Of a DNA stretch of 64,000 nt, positions 22,558 through 33,605 are shown piece by piece. The stretch's first letter is position 1, and the number at the start of each line of letters is the position of its first letter. Source of the DNA: a bacterium. GTDB taxonomy: Bacteria; Pseudomonadota; Gammaproteobacteria; Methylococcales; Methylomonadaceae. The notes under the pieces were generated by a model, which worked only from the letters and a program-made list of their open reading frames with translations, searched no databases and was not told where the DNA came from. Both the position numbers and the translations under genes were made by a program. The stretch covers positions 164 to 64,163 of the forward strand of contig JAUVAA010000001.1 of assembly GCA_030591965.1 (NCBI GenBank). The letters run 5' to 3'.

Positions 22558-25500
22558 TTAACTTTCCACCATTGCTACTGCTTCTTGAATATCGACTGCT
22601 ACCATACGAGAAACACCTGGTTCCTTCATAGTAACGCCTGCTAATTGTTGTGCAATTTCCATCGTCACTTTATTATGTGAAATATACAAAAACTGCACAT
22701 TGGCTGACATTTCCTCAACCATTGCTGAAAAACGTCGTACATTTGCCTCATCTAAGGGGGCATCCACCTCATCCAGCAAGCAAAAAGGTGCTGGATTCAG
22801 GTCAAAAATAGAAAAAACTAAAGCCACTGCGGTTAAAGCCTTTTCGCCACCCGATAATAAATGAATTGAACTATTTCGCTTTCCAGGAGGCTGGGCAATA
22901 ATATTAACGCCACTTTCCAATAAATCATCGTCTGTTAATGATAAATAGGCTTTGCCACCACCGAAGAGCTTAGGAAACTTCTCTTGTAGTCCAGAGTTTA
23001 TCTTATCAAATGTTTCCTTAAATCGCTGCCTACTTTCATTATCAATCTTGGCAATGGCGGTTTCTAATATTTGCAGCGCCTCTAATAAATCCGTATTTTG
23101 CTCATTGAGAAAGTTCATACGCTCAGACTGCGCTTTAAATTCTTCTATCGCTGTTAAATTGATAGTTCCCAACCGTTCAATCTGGCGGGTTAAATCATCT
23201 ACCTTGATTTTCCAAGCCGGCTCATCAGCATGCTCAGGAATATCCTGCATAATCGTTTGCGCATCAGCATCCAATTCCTGCAATTGTTCGGTCACCGTTT
23301 GTTGGCGTACATGGCTTTCCTGCTGCTCAAAGCGAATACTGTCTAACAGCTCTTTTTTCTTATCTATATGTACTTGCACAGAAGAAAATTGCCCTGCTAA
23401 CTCAGCAATGCCAGTCTCTAAAACGGCTTGCTGCTCACGCACTTGCTCTAAAACTTTTTCCAGTTCATCTTTCTTTTGTTGCAAGGTTTCCAGATCATAA
23501 CGCTCATCATCCATGGGCTGTAAAGTCTGATGTAACTTCTTATCTAGCTCGCCTATTCGCTCTTGCGACTGCTGCTGTTGTAATTGCAAACGCTCTATCT
23601 GTTTTGTCGTTAAGACATCCGAAGCCTTTAGACTGGATATTTTCGCCTGAAAGCCATGTACTTGCTGACGAATTTCATTGACTTGTTTATCGCTTTGCTC
23701 ACTTTGCGTTTGTAAACTATGACTATCTTGCTCCAATTGCAGTTTACTTTCTATTAACGCCTCCATCGCCTCTTCTGCTTGTTCCTTAATCATCAAAGCT
23801 TCAACTCTCGTCTCAGAGTTTTCTAATAGTTCGCGATTAATATCAGCCAGTTCATTATTCACTTGTGCTAATCGTTGTTGCTGCTGCTCTACGCGGGCAG
23901 AATACGCACTGAATTCTGAATTTCTTAACGACAGCTCATTGCTTACTTGCTTATCTTTATTTTGTAATTCTTCGCGTTGTTTTTCAGCGTCTTTTAAAAA
24001 GTCTTCCGCGGTTTCTAGTTGCTCTTCCATGACAACCACACGCGCTTGCAACTGTACTTGCTCTTCTTTTAATAACCGTAATTGCTTTTCTCTTTGCAAA
24101 ACACCACTTTTGCCATCATTCTCACGCACAATCTTAACCCAACCATAGCCAAACCATGCCCCTTGCTGAGTAATGATAGATTCATAAGATTTTAATTCGC
24201 TCGCTAACTCTCTCGCCTGCTCCGCATTATCCGCACAATAAATCCCCGATAATAGTCCTTGTAAATTCCACGGCGTTGTAATTTTATCCAATAAGCGCGG
24301 CAAGCCTTTACTTAATTCTTCACTGTGTTCGTGCTCTGTCTCAAACAAAGTTACCGACTCATTACTTAAAGTCGCCAGTTCATTAATTAATTGATCAGCA
24401 TTATCAATACACACAGCCTCTAAATAAGTGCCCAGAACAGTTTCAACCGCACTCTCCCAACCTGTGTCAACCTCAATAAATTCAGCAAGACGCTGGTTTT
24501 CAGCTAAAGCCATCCTATCCAGCCAATGGGTTAATTTCTGATTGTCTTTACCCATTGCATGCTGCTGCAATAATTCCAGCGAAGTCACTTTTCCTTTGAC
24601 ACTTTGCAATTCCGAACGATCACTATGCAATACATCATGAAATTGCTTAATCTGCTGGCGCAAATCTTTGATCGATAAATGCACCGCATCTAAATCAATT
24701 TGAACTTGCTCTCTCTGCTCTTCAATCAAATTAATCGCTTGATCTAAATTCTCAATTTCAATGCTTAAGCCCTGCTCGCTTAACTCCTCTTGCTCACCTT
24801 GTAATCGCTGTATGCGACTTTGTAATTGAAAGCTTTGATTTTCCAATTGAGCCACTAACATACGCTTAACTTCCGCTTGTTCACGGTAATTGGCATATTG
24901 ATTCTGATACGCTTCCCATTCTTGCTGCCATGCAAGACGCCGCTCTTGAGCTTCCTGCTGAATTTCCAGCATTTCCTCGGCTCTATCTTCCGCAATCAAT
25001 AAAGACTCTTCTGCTTCAAATAAAGATTCTTTTAGCTCATCTAACTGTAATAAATCCTCATCCAAATTACCTTTAAGATGCTCCGCTTGATCACGTAACC
25101 TCACTAACTCTCGCTCAGTTTCCTCATGAGATTGTTCATTATGTTTAATCACCTGATCTAAACGACTTACCTCGGTGAGCAAGGCATAATATTCTGCTTG
25201 TTGCTGATCTAAATTCAGTTGCTGCATTTTATGCAACTCACGTTTTTGCTCTAACGTTTGCTCCAGCGTCTTACGCTCCATAAATAATTCATTATGCGCG
25301 CTCGCTGCGCCTTGCAACTTACTGTCTAACTGCTGCGCCATGACATGATGCGTATTCCAACGCATTGCCAATAGCTGCAGCTTTAATTCACGCTCCTGTG
25401 CTTTTAAAGTGGTATATTTTTCCGCTTTTTCCGCTTGTTTCTTTAAATTATTTAATTGTTTCTCAACTTCATCACGAACATCATCTAATCGCTCTAAATT

Positions 25501-26067
25501 CTCACGCGTATGGCGCATACGCATTTCGGTTTCACTGCGTCGTTCTTTATATTTAGAAACACCCGCTGCCTCTTCTATATGTATACGCAGCTCATCAGGT
25601 TTAGCTTCAACAACTCGCGAAATAGTACCTTGCTCAATAATCGCATAACTACGAGCCCCTAAGCCTGTGCCCAAAAATAAATCGGTAATATCTTTACGCC
25701 GACATTTAGTGCCATTAAATTGATAAATAGACTGACCATCACGCCTTACTTGACGCTTAATCGCGATAGTCGTGTACTGCGCGTATTCCCCGCCCGCTTT
25801 ACCTTCGCTATTATCAAAAACCAACTCAACCGATGCGGTACTCACTGGCTTTCTACCTGAAGAGCCATTAAAAATCACATCCGTCATACTACCGCCGCGC
25901 AGGTGTTTCGCTGAGCTTTCGCCCATCACCCAACGTACTGCGTCAATAATATTGGATTTTCCACAACCATTAGGGCCAACGATACTGATTAAATTCCCTT
26001 TAATAGGAATCGTCGTCGCATCGACAAATGATTTAAATCCTGAAAGTTTAATTTTTTCCAGCTTCAT
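22558..26067 (-). CDS. smc: Chromosome segregation protein SMC
   Basis: GFKSF, GPNGCGKSN, coiled coils with hinge, LSGGEK and LDEVDAPLD motifs. Confidence 0.98.
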   Translation of the reverse strand: MKLEKIKLSGFKSFVDATTIPIKGNLISIVGPNGCGKSNIIDAVRWVMGESSAKHLRGGSMTDVIFNGSSGRKPVSTASVELVFDNSEGKAGGEYAQYTTIAIKRQVRRDGQSIYQFNGTKCRRKDITDLFLGTGLGARSYAIIEQGTISRVVEAKPDELRIHIEEAAGVSKYKERRSETEMRMRHTRENLERLDDVRDEVEKQLNNLKKQAEKAEKYTTLKAQERELKLQLLAMRWNTHHVMAQQLDSKLQGAASAHNELFMERKTLEQTLEQKRELHKMQQLNLDQQQAEYYALLTEVSRLDQVIKHNEQSHEETERELVRLRDQAEHLKGNLDEDLLQLDELKESLFEAEESLLIAEDRAEEMLEIQQEAQERRLAWQQEWEAYQNQYANYREQAEVKRMLVAQLENQSFQLQSRIQRLQGEQEELSEQGLSIEIENLDQAINLIEEQREQVQIDLDAVHLSIKDLRQQIKQFHDVLHSDRSELQSVKGKVTSLELLQQHAMGKDNQKLTHWLDRMALAENQRLAEFIEVDTGWESAVETVLGTYLEAVCIDNADQLINELATLSNESVTLFETEHEHSEELSKGLPRLLDKITTPWNLQGLLSGIYCADNAEQARELASELKSYESIITQQGAWFGYGWVKIVRENDGKSGVLQREKQLRLLKEEQVQLQARVVVMEEQLETAEDFLKDAEKQREELQNKDKQVSNELSLRNSEFSAYSARVEQQQQRLAQVNNELADINRELLENSETRVEALMIKEQAEEAMEALIESKLQLEQDSHSLQTQSEQSDKQVNEIRQQVHGFQAKISSLKASDVLTTKQIERLQLQQQQSQERIGELDKKLHQTLQPMDDERYDLETLQQKKDELEKVLEQVREQQAVLETGIAELAGQFSSVQVHIDKKKELLDSIRFEQQESHVRQQTVTEQLQELDADAQTIMQDIPEHADEPAWKIKVDDLTRQIERLGTINLTAIEEFKAQSERMNFLNEQNTDLLEALQILETAIAKIDNESRQRFKETFDKINSGLQEKFPKLFGGGKAYLSLTDDDLLESGVNIIAQPPGKRNSSIHLLSGGEKALTAVALVFSIFDLNPAPFCLLDEVDAPLDEANVRRFSAMVEEMSANVQFLYISHNKVTMEIAQQLAGVTMKEPGVSRMVAVDIQEAVAMVES

Positions 26068-26183
26068 AACTGGTAAAATACCCGATTTAATAAAAAGCGG
26101 CCATTATACTTTATGGCAGCTAATGTAGCTGGCTAAATTTACACGAACAAGCACTTACAATCTAATTACTCATTAAGCTAAAC

Positions 26184-26465
26184 ATGGCTAAAACCTTTTA
26201 CACCTCTGACTTAGCGGTCGCATTAAAATACGATGGTAAAAATGCACCTAAAGTCACAGCCAAAGGTGAAGGGGTCACAGCGGAACAGATTTTAGCCATC
26301 GCCGAAAAGCACGGCATTCCATTACAAACCGAGCCCGAACTGGCAAGAATTTTAGCGCAAGTGCCTTTAGGTGATGAAATCCCTAAAGAACTTTATACCG
26401 CCGTTGCTGAAGTCATTGCCTTTGCCTATTATTTAAGCGGAAAAACACCCGACCATGACCTTTAA
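26184..26465 (+). CDS. FlhB C-terminal domain-like protein (EscU/YscU/HrcU family, FlhX type)
   Basis: AVALKYD..APKVTAKG and EIPKELYTAVAEVIAF motifs. Confidence 0.9.
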   Translation: MAKTFYTSDLAVALKYDGKNAPKVTAKGEGVTAEQILAIAEKHGIPLQTEPELARILAQVPLGDEIPKELYTAVAEVIAFAYYLSGKTPDHDL

Positions 26466-27315
26466 AGAAAGCCTAACTACCCTGCCACAATACATATTGC
26501 CACATCACCCTTTATCCAGACTCATGGGACAACTGACTCATAGTGAAAATAAAACATGGAAAAACTTTTTTATTAAACAAATTGCCAGCCATTATGGTGT
26601 CAATATGGAGGAAGCGATTGATTCGGATATTAACGCTTACCCGAGTTTTAACCATTTCTTTACTCGCGCATTAAAACCTGGCGCTAGAACGATTGCCAGT
26701 AATGCAGGCGATATTGCCTGCCCTGCTGATGGCGCAGTTAGCCAAGCAGGTAATATTACCGATGGTAATATCATTCAAGCTAAAGGCCAAAGCTATACCG
26801 CAGTCGATTTATTAGGAGGCGATGAACAACGTTCCGCGCCTTTTAAGAATGGCAAATTCACTACCATTTACTTATCACCTAAAGATTATCATCGCTTACA
26901 TATGCCTTTAGATGGCACATTAAGAGAAATGATTCATGTGCCTGGGCGCTTATTTAGTGTAAATGCAGCCACAGCTAATTCAGTGCCGCGTTTATTTGCC
27001 AGAAATGAGCGAGTTGTCGCTATTTTTGACACTGAAATCGGCCCTATGGCTTTAGTTTTAGTCGGTGCGATTTTTGTTGCCAGCATTGAAACGGTTTGGC
27101 ATGGTGAAGTCACGCCACCCACAGCAAAAAGCATTCAAACTTGGCAGTATAAAGACGATGCGCCGCAATTAAAAAGAGGCGAAGAACTCGGCCGCTTTAA
27201 TATGGGATCAACCATTATTGCTTTATTTGGCGAAAATGCGATGAACTGGGAAGAGGCTTTTGTCGCTGGTGAAAAAGTACAGTTAGGCGAGAAAATAGGC
27301 CACACAGCTGGCTAA
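26455..27315 (+). CDS. psd: Phosphatidylserine decarboxylase proenzyme
   Basis: FNHFFTRAL, CPADG, YLSPKDYHRLHMP motifs and the RFNMGST autocleavage motif. Confidence 0.96.
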   Translation: MTFKESLTTLPQYILPHHPLSRLMGQLTHSENKTWKNFFIKQIASHYGVNMEEAIDSDINAYPSFNHFFTRALKPGARTIASNAGDIACPADGAVSQAGNITDGNIIQAKGQSYTAVDLLGGDEQRSAPFKNGKFTTIYLSPKDYHRLHMPLDGTLREMIHVPGRLFSVNAATANSVPRLFARNERVVAIFDTEIGPMALVLVGAIFVASIETVWHGEVTPPTAKSIQTWQYKDDAPQLKRGEELGRFNMGSTIIALFGENAMNWEEAFVAGEKVQLGEKIGHTAG

Positions 27316-27331
27316 CGCCCTATATATGCCT

Positions 27332-27356
27332 TAGGTGTGAATTTATTTACGCCTAC
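27332..27356 (-). repeat. GTAG-type REP hairpin
   Basis: GTAGGCGTAAATAAATTCACACCTA after psd. Confidence 0.5.
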
Positions 27357-27403
27357 TCGCTCAGTACAACGTAAACACAAGGCATAACTATTTCCAACCT
27401 GTT

Positions 27404-27548
27404 GAGGTTGTGAAAGTATTGTGCTTTTAGCCTCCCCCCTTGAGAAGGGGGGATTGAGGGAGATCTATTAAAATATAGATCATTTATAAACCTCCCCTAG
27501 CCCCTCCTTGATAAGGAGGGGAATTATACTGAACACTTTCACAGCCTC
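27404..27548. mobile_element. MITE-like element with 17-bp TIRs enclosing two REP-like hairpins
   Basis: GAGGTTGTGAAAGTATT ... AACACTTTCACAGCCTC (15/17 inverted match). Internal CCCCCCTTGAGAAGGGGGG and CCCCTCCTTGATAAGGAGGGG hairpins. Confidence 0.7.
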
Positions 27549-27725
27549 TATTTATTGGGAAACAAATGTAAATATTAATTACTGACTCTCTTATTTACAC
27601 AGCCTTTGCCACAAAAATCGCGTAGAATACGCACCCTTTAAAGTCTTTAATATATTAACCAATAGCACAATGCATTAGCTCTATCGAGCAGGCAACTGTT
27701 GGTCAGCTTCTATCTGGAATAAAAA

Positions 27726-29315
27726 ATGCTCGCAACCGCAAATATCACTATGCAATTTGGCGCCAAGCCACTTTTTGAAGACGTCTCCGTTAAATTTAAT
27801 AACGGTAACCGCTATGGACTGATTGGCGCCAATGGCTGCGGAAAATCAACTTTCATGAAAATCTTAGGAGGTGACTTAGAGCCTTCTGGCGGTAATGTCT
27901 CCAAAGACCCACACGAACGCCTCGGTAAATTAAAACAGGATCAATTTGCTTACGAAGAATTCGCCGTACTCGACACAGTGATCATGGGTCATGAAGCGCT
28001 ATGGGCAGTAAAATCAGAACGTGATGCGATTTACGCTAATCCAGAAATGACTGAAGCCGATGGTATGCGTGCCGCTGACCTAGAATCTGAATTCGCAGAA
28101 ATGGATGGCTACACAGCTGAAGCTCGTGCGGGTGAATTACTAGAAGGTGTAGGCATTCCTACTGAGCAACACTACGGCCCTATGAGTGAAGTTGCACCAG
28201 GCTGGAAATTAAGAGTATTACTGGCACAAGCACTATTTTCTGATCCTGATATTTTGCTACTTGATGAGCCAACTAACAACCTCGACATCAATGCAATTCG
28301 CTGGTTAGAAGAGACATTAAATGCACGTAAATGCACGATGGTTATCATTTCTCATGATCGCCATTTTCTAAATAGCGTATGCACGCACATGGCTGATGTA
28401 GATTACGGTGAAATACGCCTTTATCCAGGTACGTATGACGACTACATGACCGCAGCAACTTTAGTTACCGAACAACTACAGTCTGATAATGCTAAAAAGA
28501 AGGCACAAATATCTGAGCTTAAAGCCTTCGTCAGTCGTTTCTCAGCTAACGCGTCAAAATCTAAACAAGCAACGTCACGCGCCAAACAATTAGATAAAAT
28601 CAGCCTAGCTGAAATAAAACCTTCCAGCCGTCAAAACCCATTTATCCGCTTTGATCAAACTAAAAAATTGCACCGCCTAGCATTAGAACTAGAAGGCTTA
28701 TGTAAAAGCTATGATGACAATGAGTTATTTAACAATTTCAACTTAATGATTGAAGTCGGCGAACGTGTTGCCGTTATCGGTCAAAATGGTATTGGTAAAA
28801 CCACCTTATTAAAATGCTTAGCAGGCGATATTCAGCCAACAGCAGGCGCTGTGAAATGGTCTGAAAACTCTGAAATAGGTTATTGCGCACAAGATCATGC
28901 TGCTGAATTTCAAGACGACAAGTTGTTATTTGATTGGATGGAACAATGGCGTCAACCTAGCGATGACGATCAAGCCATACGCGGCACATTAGGTCGTTTA
29001 TTATTTTCACAAGACGATATAGGCAAAAAAGTCAGCGTCCTCTCTGGTGGTGAAAAAGGCCGTATGATTTTTGGTAAATTAATGCTACAACGCACCAATA
29101 TCATGCTATTAGACGAGCCGACCAACCATCTTGATATGGAATCGATTGAATCGTTAAACTTAGCTTTAGAAAACTACCCAGGCACCTTAGTCTTTGTCAG
29201 TCATGACCGTGAATTTGTTTCCTCATTAGCCACACGTATTATTGAATTAACACCGAATGGTATTGTCGATTTTCGTGGCACTTATGATGACTATTTAAGC
29301 AGTCAAGGTGCTTAA
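27726..29315 (+). CDS. ybiT: ABC-F family ATPase YbiT
   Basis: Two ABC domains ([17 protein letters not shown]), [27 protein letters not shown] linker, no TM segments. Confidence 0.93.
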   Translation: MLATANITMQFGAKPLFEDVSVKFNNGNRYGLIGANGCGKSTFMKILGGDLEPSGGNVSKDPHERLGKLKQDQFAYEEFAVLDTVIMGHEALWAVKSERDAIYANPEMTEADGMRAADLESEFAEMDGYTAEARAGELLEGVGIPTEQHYGPMSEVAPGWKLRVLLAQALFSDPDILLLDEPTNNLDINAIRWLEETLNARKCTMVIISHDRHFLNSVCTHMADVDYGEIRLYPGTYDDYMTAATLVTEQLQSDNAKKKAQISELKAFVSRFSANASKSKQATSRAKQLDKISLAEIKPSSRQNPFIRFDQTKKLHRLALELEGLCKSYDDNELFNNFNLMIEVGERVAVIGQNGIGKTTLLKCLAGDIQPTAGAVKWSENSEIGYCAQDHAAEFQDDKLLFDWMEQWRQPSDDDQAIRGTLGRLLFSQDDIGKKVSVLSGGEKGRMIFGKLMLQRTNIMLLDEPTNHLDMESIESLNLALENYPGTLVFVSHDREFVSSLATRIIELTPNGIVDFRGTYDDYLSSQGA

Positions 29316-29486
29316 AAGAAAATAAAAAAAGACTTTAACCAGAGAGGACACCGAGATCACAGAGTTTTTCAGTATAAAATCTTTGTGCTCCTCCAAGGGT
29401 CAAATAATCAGAATAGATTGATACATCTATTCTTTCATTAAATTGGCAATAAAATTACGCGCCTATGTTAACCGAATCTAGCCTCA

Positions 29487-32400
29487 TTAGTTCTTAGGAA
29501 TACCCTCATCATTTTTCATTTCAAGTTTTAACGGCTGATATTTTGTCAAGTCACCTATTTCTTTAGAAAATGTTTCCTCTAATTCCTTTGTTTCAAATTT
29601 AAACCATGAATATATATCTTCAATAGTGAATAAACTTTCTTTTAAACCATATATAAATAACCCTTTTAAAGGGAGTATTATATATGGCATAGAGTGACCC
29701 GAGTATTCAGAAAAATATGTTTTTTCTGGACCAAAATTAACTAGCCCACTTATTGAGTCTCCATGATCTATCATACGAGCCAATTGAATTGGAATTTGAA
29801 TGTTTTGTCCAATACAAGAAAAAGCCAATTCAAATTTATTTACTGATTTCAAATTAAAGTAAACACTACTCGATATATTAGCCTGTATGAAAGATAAATC
29901 TTCAAGATACGAGTATGAAAAATCAATTCCTATTGGACAATTACCAGATAACACAATCCTATTCTTATTCCCTTGCATATTAATACCCATAAATAATTTA
30001 CTCCCCCATTCTGCGATAGGCGTTTGATAGGCATAATTGTAATTTCTAATTAAATCAAATAAGTGCTCAAAATTCTTAATACCCCAATTAAAGAACCGCT
30101 CTTCGTCTACATTATTATATAAAGTATTTCCCACCAACAACGCCAACCAGCGGTCTATATCAGGTGAAAAATTACTCAGTTTATCTTGTACAACCAGTAA
30201 TTCATTATCATATAAAACCGTTTTAGTTTCTGCTTGAGTCAAAATATAATTTGTTTTAGATTCCAGTATTCCTCTAGCAAGCAGGATAATCTTATCCAGT
30301 TTATCTTGGTCTATACACCAGTTATCTAGTAATTCAGGTGGATAGTTTGCCTCGTTTTCTTTACAAGGGCATTGCTTAAACCATTCATAATAAATTGCAT
30401 TACAGAATAATTTATTATGTTTTTTAGTGGCTAAAGAAGCCATCAGAGGAAACAGTAGTTTTCTTTTTTCTATCACCTGCTTACTGCTCTCTTCTGGCGC
30501 CGTTTCTATTAACAGCTTGAGCATTTCTGTAAAAAACTGAATCGTCTGCGCTGTAGGCTCACCTAGAATAAGCTTGGTACGAGCTTCTTCTATATCAAAC
30601 TCTTCATCTAAAGCATATTTAATAAACACTTTAAGGTAATATTCCGCCAATAATATTTCAGCAAATGATTGGTGTTGAAAATGTAAAACATTATCGTTTT
30701 CACCAAAATAGGAATGTGATAAAAATTGAATTTCTGTCACCCCTTTGTCTGCATAAAGCCCTAATATTTCTATATCGGATTGTTTTTTATTTTTACCATC
30801 CAATACCCGACAAATATCCGCTTTTTTTAGTGCTCCTTGCTGCCCTTGTTGACGTTTATACATCCATAAACTGGCAATTGTATGTAGCAGGTTACGAAAT
30901 TCAAACTCTTGCTCAAGGTTAACGCTATAAGTTGTATCATGAATATGCTTGGCATCTTTAGTCAGTAAGTTTAAAAAAGATAGATAAACGCCAATTTTTC
31001 CAACCGCAGAGAAATCAATATTATTGATAATCAGTTGAAAAATCATATAAGAGAAAATAGGTCGCCTTAGCTCACTAGTCGATAAGGTATTATTATTTAG
31101 CAATAATTGATGTATATCTGTTGCTTTTCCCTGCTTAATATTTTCTATAATATCTTTAGCAAATCCCGTGGTCTGAATCGCATCAAGTTCTGGGTATTCT
31201 TTTAAAGTGTTAATTAACCAGTGATTAAATTGCTGTTTTTTAAACCCATAAATAGAGATAAAATAAGGAACCTCTCGTTTTTCTTCATTTTCTATGATGT
31301 AAGGGTTATGGCTAGTTAAATTACTTTCTAAGCCTTCATCAAATGGGCGTGTCGAAATAACTAAGCGATTAGTGCGACATTTTTCTTTATCTATATTTTG
31401 AATTTTTTTAACTGAGGAAATTACTTTTTCTATACTTGTCTTATTTAGCTCACCACTTTCATCTAAAGAATCAATCAGGAAAATATACTGATGTTTTTTA
31501 AAGTGTTCACTGTCTATTTTAATAGCGTACTCGACTTCTAGGTAATCAGAAATAACCCCCAATTTAGACTCGCTAGAATAAGAACTGAAATTGCGCAGGT
31601 TGAAATAAACGGGGAACAAGCCTTCTTGAGTGTCAATATATTGCTTGGCAAGTTGAGATGCGTTATGACGTAAAAACACTGATTTCCCCTTACCAAAATC
31701 AGCAATGATAAATAAAATTTTATCTAGGCTTCCATTGGTACCTTTCGAAAAATATTGTTCAATCAGCTCATTTATTTCTTGTAAATCCTTTTCTTGCTCC
31801 TCTATATTATTTGGTTCATGATTATCCCCGACCTTAAATTCAGACACATTTTTCCAGCAAGCATAGGTTTGTTCATATCGCAGGTTTTCTGAATCTTTAA
31901 AGCCTATATGTCCTAATTCAGACATATCCCATAAAAAATCAGTTTCGGCATCGTTGAGTCTAAATTCTTCCGTTTCTTCTATATGCTCATCATAATTATC
32001 GCCAAATTCATCCCTGACTTTTTCCTCAATATGCTCATTAAAATGCCTAGTAAAGTTTTTAATCGCTAAAGAAGGCGTCCCAAATTGTTTTAAAATATTC
32101 TCATAATGCCGTTTAATAGCAACAATAGCAGGGTGATATTTAGGTTTAAAAATTAATAAGATACTCCCTGCATCAAAATCTTGCTGTGCAAATCCCTGAT
32201 TAAGAAAGCTAAGCACTGATTCAGGTGCTAACTCTTGATTAAGGGAATCTTTAATCTCCTCTAAAGATTCAGTTGCCTGTATAAATCCTGCTTTTACATA
32301 AACATTTAAACCGTGATCTTTTAGCTTTTCTTTGGTGAGGCTTTGAAAATAGCTATCTATTGCAGGTTTAGCAAATAATTTAGCAATAACAGCCGCTGTT

Positions 32401-32522
32401 CCAGTCGAATCTTGCAAAATTTCTTGCCCGCTAGCATCAAAATTATCTTTTAGTGTTTTCCCTATATTTGTAAAAATAGTTGGTAAGGCGCTGCTAATAT
32501 GTTCTGCTATTTTCTTTTTCAT
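29487..32522 (-). CDS. NACHT/STAND-like P-loop NTPase with degenerate pentapeptide-like C-terminus
   Basis: Walker A ADFGKGKS, PVYFNLR, Walker B IFLIDSLDE, VISTRP, winged-helix motif FQHQSFAEILLAEY. DNA visibly richer in AT than the flanks. Confidence 0.75.
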   Translation of the reverse strand: MKKKIAEHISSALPTIFTNIGKTLKDNFDASGQEILQDSTGTAAVIAKLFAKPAIDSYFQSLTKEKLKDHGLNVYVKAGFIQATESLEEIKDSLNQELAPESVLSFLNQGFAQQDFDAGSILLIFKPKYHPAIVAIKRHYENILKQFGTPSLAIKNFTRHFNEHIEEKVRDEFGDNYDEHIEETEEFRLNDAETDFLWDMSELGHIGFKDSENLRYEQTYACWKNVSEFKVGDNHEPNNIEEQEKDLQEINELIEQYFSKGTNGSLDKILFIIADFGKGKSVFLRHNASQLAKQYIDTQEGLFPVYFNLRNFSSYSSESKLGVISDYLEVEYAIKIDSEHFKKHQYIFLIDSLDESGELNKTSIEKVISSVKKIQNIDKEKCRTNRLVISTRPFDEGLESNLTSHNPYIIENEEKREVPYFISIYGFKKQQFNHWLINTLKEYPELDAIQTTGFAKDIIENIKQGKATDIHQLLLNNNTLSTSELRRPIFSYMIFQLIINNIDFSAVGKIGVYLSFLNLLTKDAKHIHDTTYSVNLEQEFEFRNLLHTIASLWMYKRQQGQQGALKKADICRVLDGKNKKQSDIEILGLYADKGVTEIQFLSHSYFGENDNVLHFQHQSFAEILLAEYYLKVFIKYALDEEFDIEEARTKLILGEPTAQTIQFFTEMLKLLIETAPEESSKQVIEKRKLLFPLMASLATKKHNKLFCNAIYYEWFKQCPCKENEANYPPELLDNWCIDQDKLDKIILLARGILESKTNYILTQAETKTVLYDNELLVVQDKLSNFSPDIDRWLALLVGNTLYNNVDEERFFNWGIKNFEHLFDLIRNYNYAYQTPIAEWGSKLFMGINMQGNKNRIVLSGNCPIGIDFSYSYLEDLSFIQANISSSVYFNLKSVNKFELAFSCIGQNIQIPIQLARMIDHGDSISGLVNFGPEKTYFSEYSGHSMPYIILPLKGLFIYGLKESLFTIEDIYSWFKFETKELEETFSKEIGDLTKYQPLKLEMKNDEGIPKN

Positions 32523-32657
32523 ATTGCTACAATTTATATATTTCTGTGTTTTAAAGTCAGTGGTGGCGGGCTCTATTGAAAAGCATATTTCCCCCGCTAA
32601 TCATTAAATTAATAATAAAATCTGAACCTTTTAGGTTTCATAAGCTAACAGCTAACC

Positions 32658-33605
32658 TTATTTCAATTGAATCAATTCAGCCGCAATACTTATCGCGATT
32701 TCCATAGGTGTTTGACTATTAATCGCCAAACCCAAAGGTGCATGTATTAGCTTCCAGCGTTCAGGATCAATAGACTCGCTTAGATTACTCTGCAATAACT
32801 TAATCTTGCGTTTACTGCCCAAAAGTCCTAAATAAGCCCATTGCTTATTAGCAAGCTTTGCCAAAACCTGCTGATCGGTTTGGTGGCTATGGGTCATAAT
32901 AAAAATATACACCTGCTTGCCATCAGGAACTATCCGGTCAATTTCTGCATACGGTGCAACAGTTTTTCTCTGAGCAAAGTGATTACCACCCATAGTTTTC
33001 ACCGCTTGCCGCTGATCAATCACGATAATTTCAAAATCCAGCAAGGCCAAAACCTGCGATAAAGCCAAACTCACATGCCCGCCACCAATGATATAGGCGG
33101 TTTTCTGTACACCTATCAATTCTTGATATATCCAGCCTGCTTCTAAACTATCACTAAAAAATAACTCTGGGGATGTTTCTTCAGGAGTACCAAGCATTAA
33201 TCCTTGTGGCGTAAAGCTTAATTGCCTAACAACTTGCTCCTGAAAGGCCTGATTAATCTGCTCTAATATGCATAAATCTGCTTGCGCCAGACGATAAAAC
33301 AAAACGGTTTGTGTACCGCCACAAACCTGCCCAGAGCCATTATGCTGCTGATAAAATAACCGAGTACAACTCTCTGGCTCATGCAATAAAGAAAGCGTTT
33401 GCGCAGACAAATCATATTCAACTTTCCCACCTCCAATGGTGCCATAACTTGTACCATCAGCATCAATAAACAATTTAGCGCCCACTTTACCCGGCGAGCT
33501 TCCGCGGCTGTCAACAACCAGCAATAAAGCTAAAACCTGTTTCCTTTTGAGGGATTTCAGGCAATCAGCCCAAAACGCTACCTGCTCACCCAAATAACAC
33601 CTCAC
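32658..33605 (-). CDS. xdhC: XdhC/CoxI family molybdenum cofactor chaperone
   Basis: GSSPGKVGAK, GTIGGGKVE, CGG, GGGHVS, YLGLLGS and TPMEIAISIAAELI motifs. Start uncertain. Confidence 0.9.
   Translation of the reverse strand: MRCYLGEQVAFWADCLKSLKRKQVLALLLVVDSRGSSPGKVGAKLFIDADGTSYGTIGGGKVEYDLSAQTLSLLHEPESCTRLFYQQHNGSGQVCGGTQTVLFYRLAQADLCILEQINQAFQEQVVRQLSFTPQGLMLGTPEETSPELFFSDSLEAGWIYQELIGVQKTAYIIGGGHVSLALSQVLALLDFEIIVIDQRQAVKTMGGNHFAQRKTVAPYAEIDRIVPDGKQVYIFIMTHSHQTDQQVLAKLANKQWAYLGLLGSKRKIKLLQSNLSESIDPERWKLIHAPLGLAINSQTPMEIAISIAAELIQLK

Noticed and set aside
26184-26465. Type III secretion or flagellar locus
   Set aside because: Standalone FlhB C-terminal-like protein with no other export genes nearby; a common orphan.
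29336-29435. ACCAGAGAGGACACCGAGATCACAGAG...CTTTGTGCTCCTC degenerate repeat after ybiT (similar traces at about 43310-43470)
   Set aside because: Probably a decayed intergenic repeat, but too degenerate to delimit or classify by eye.
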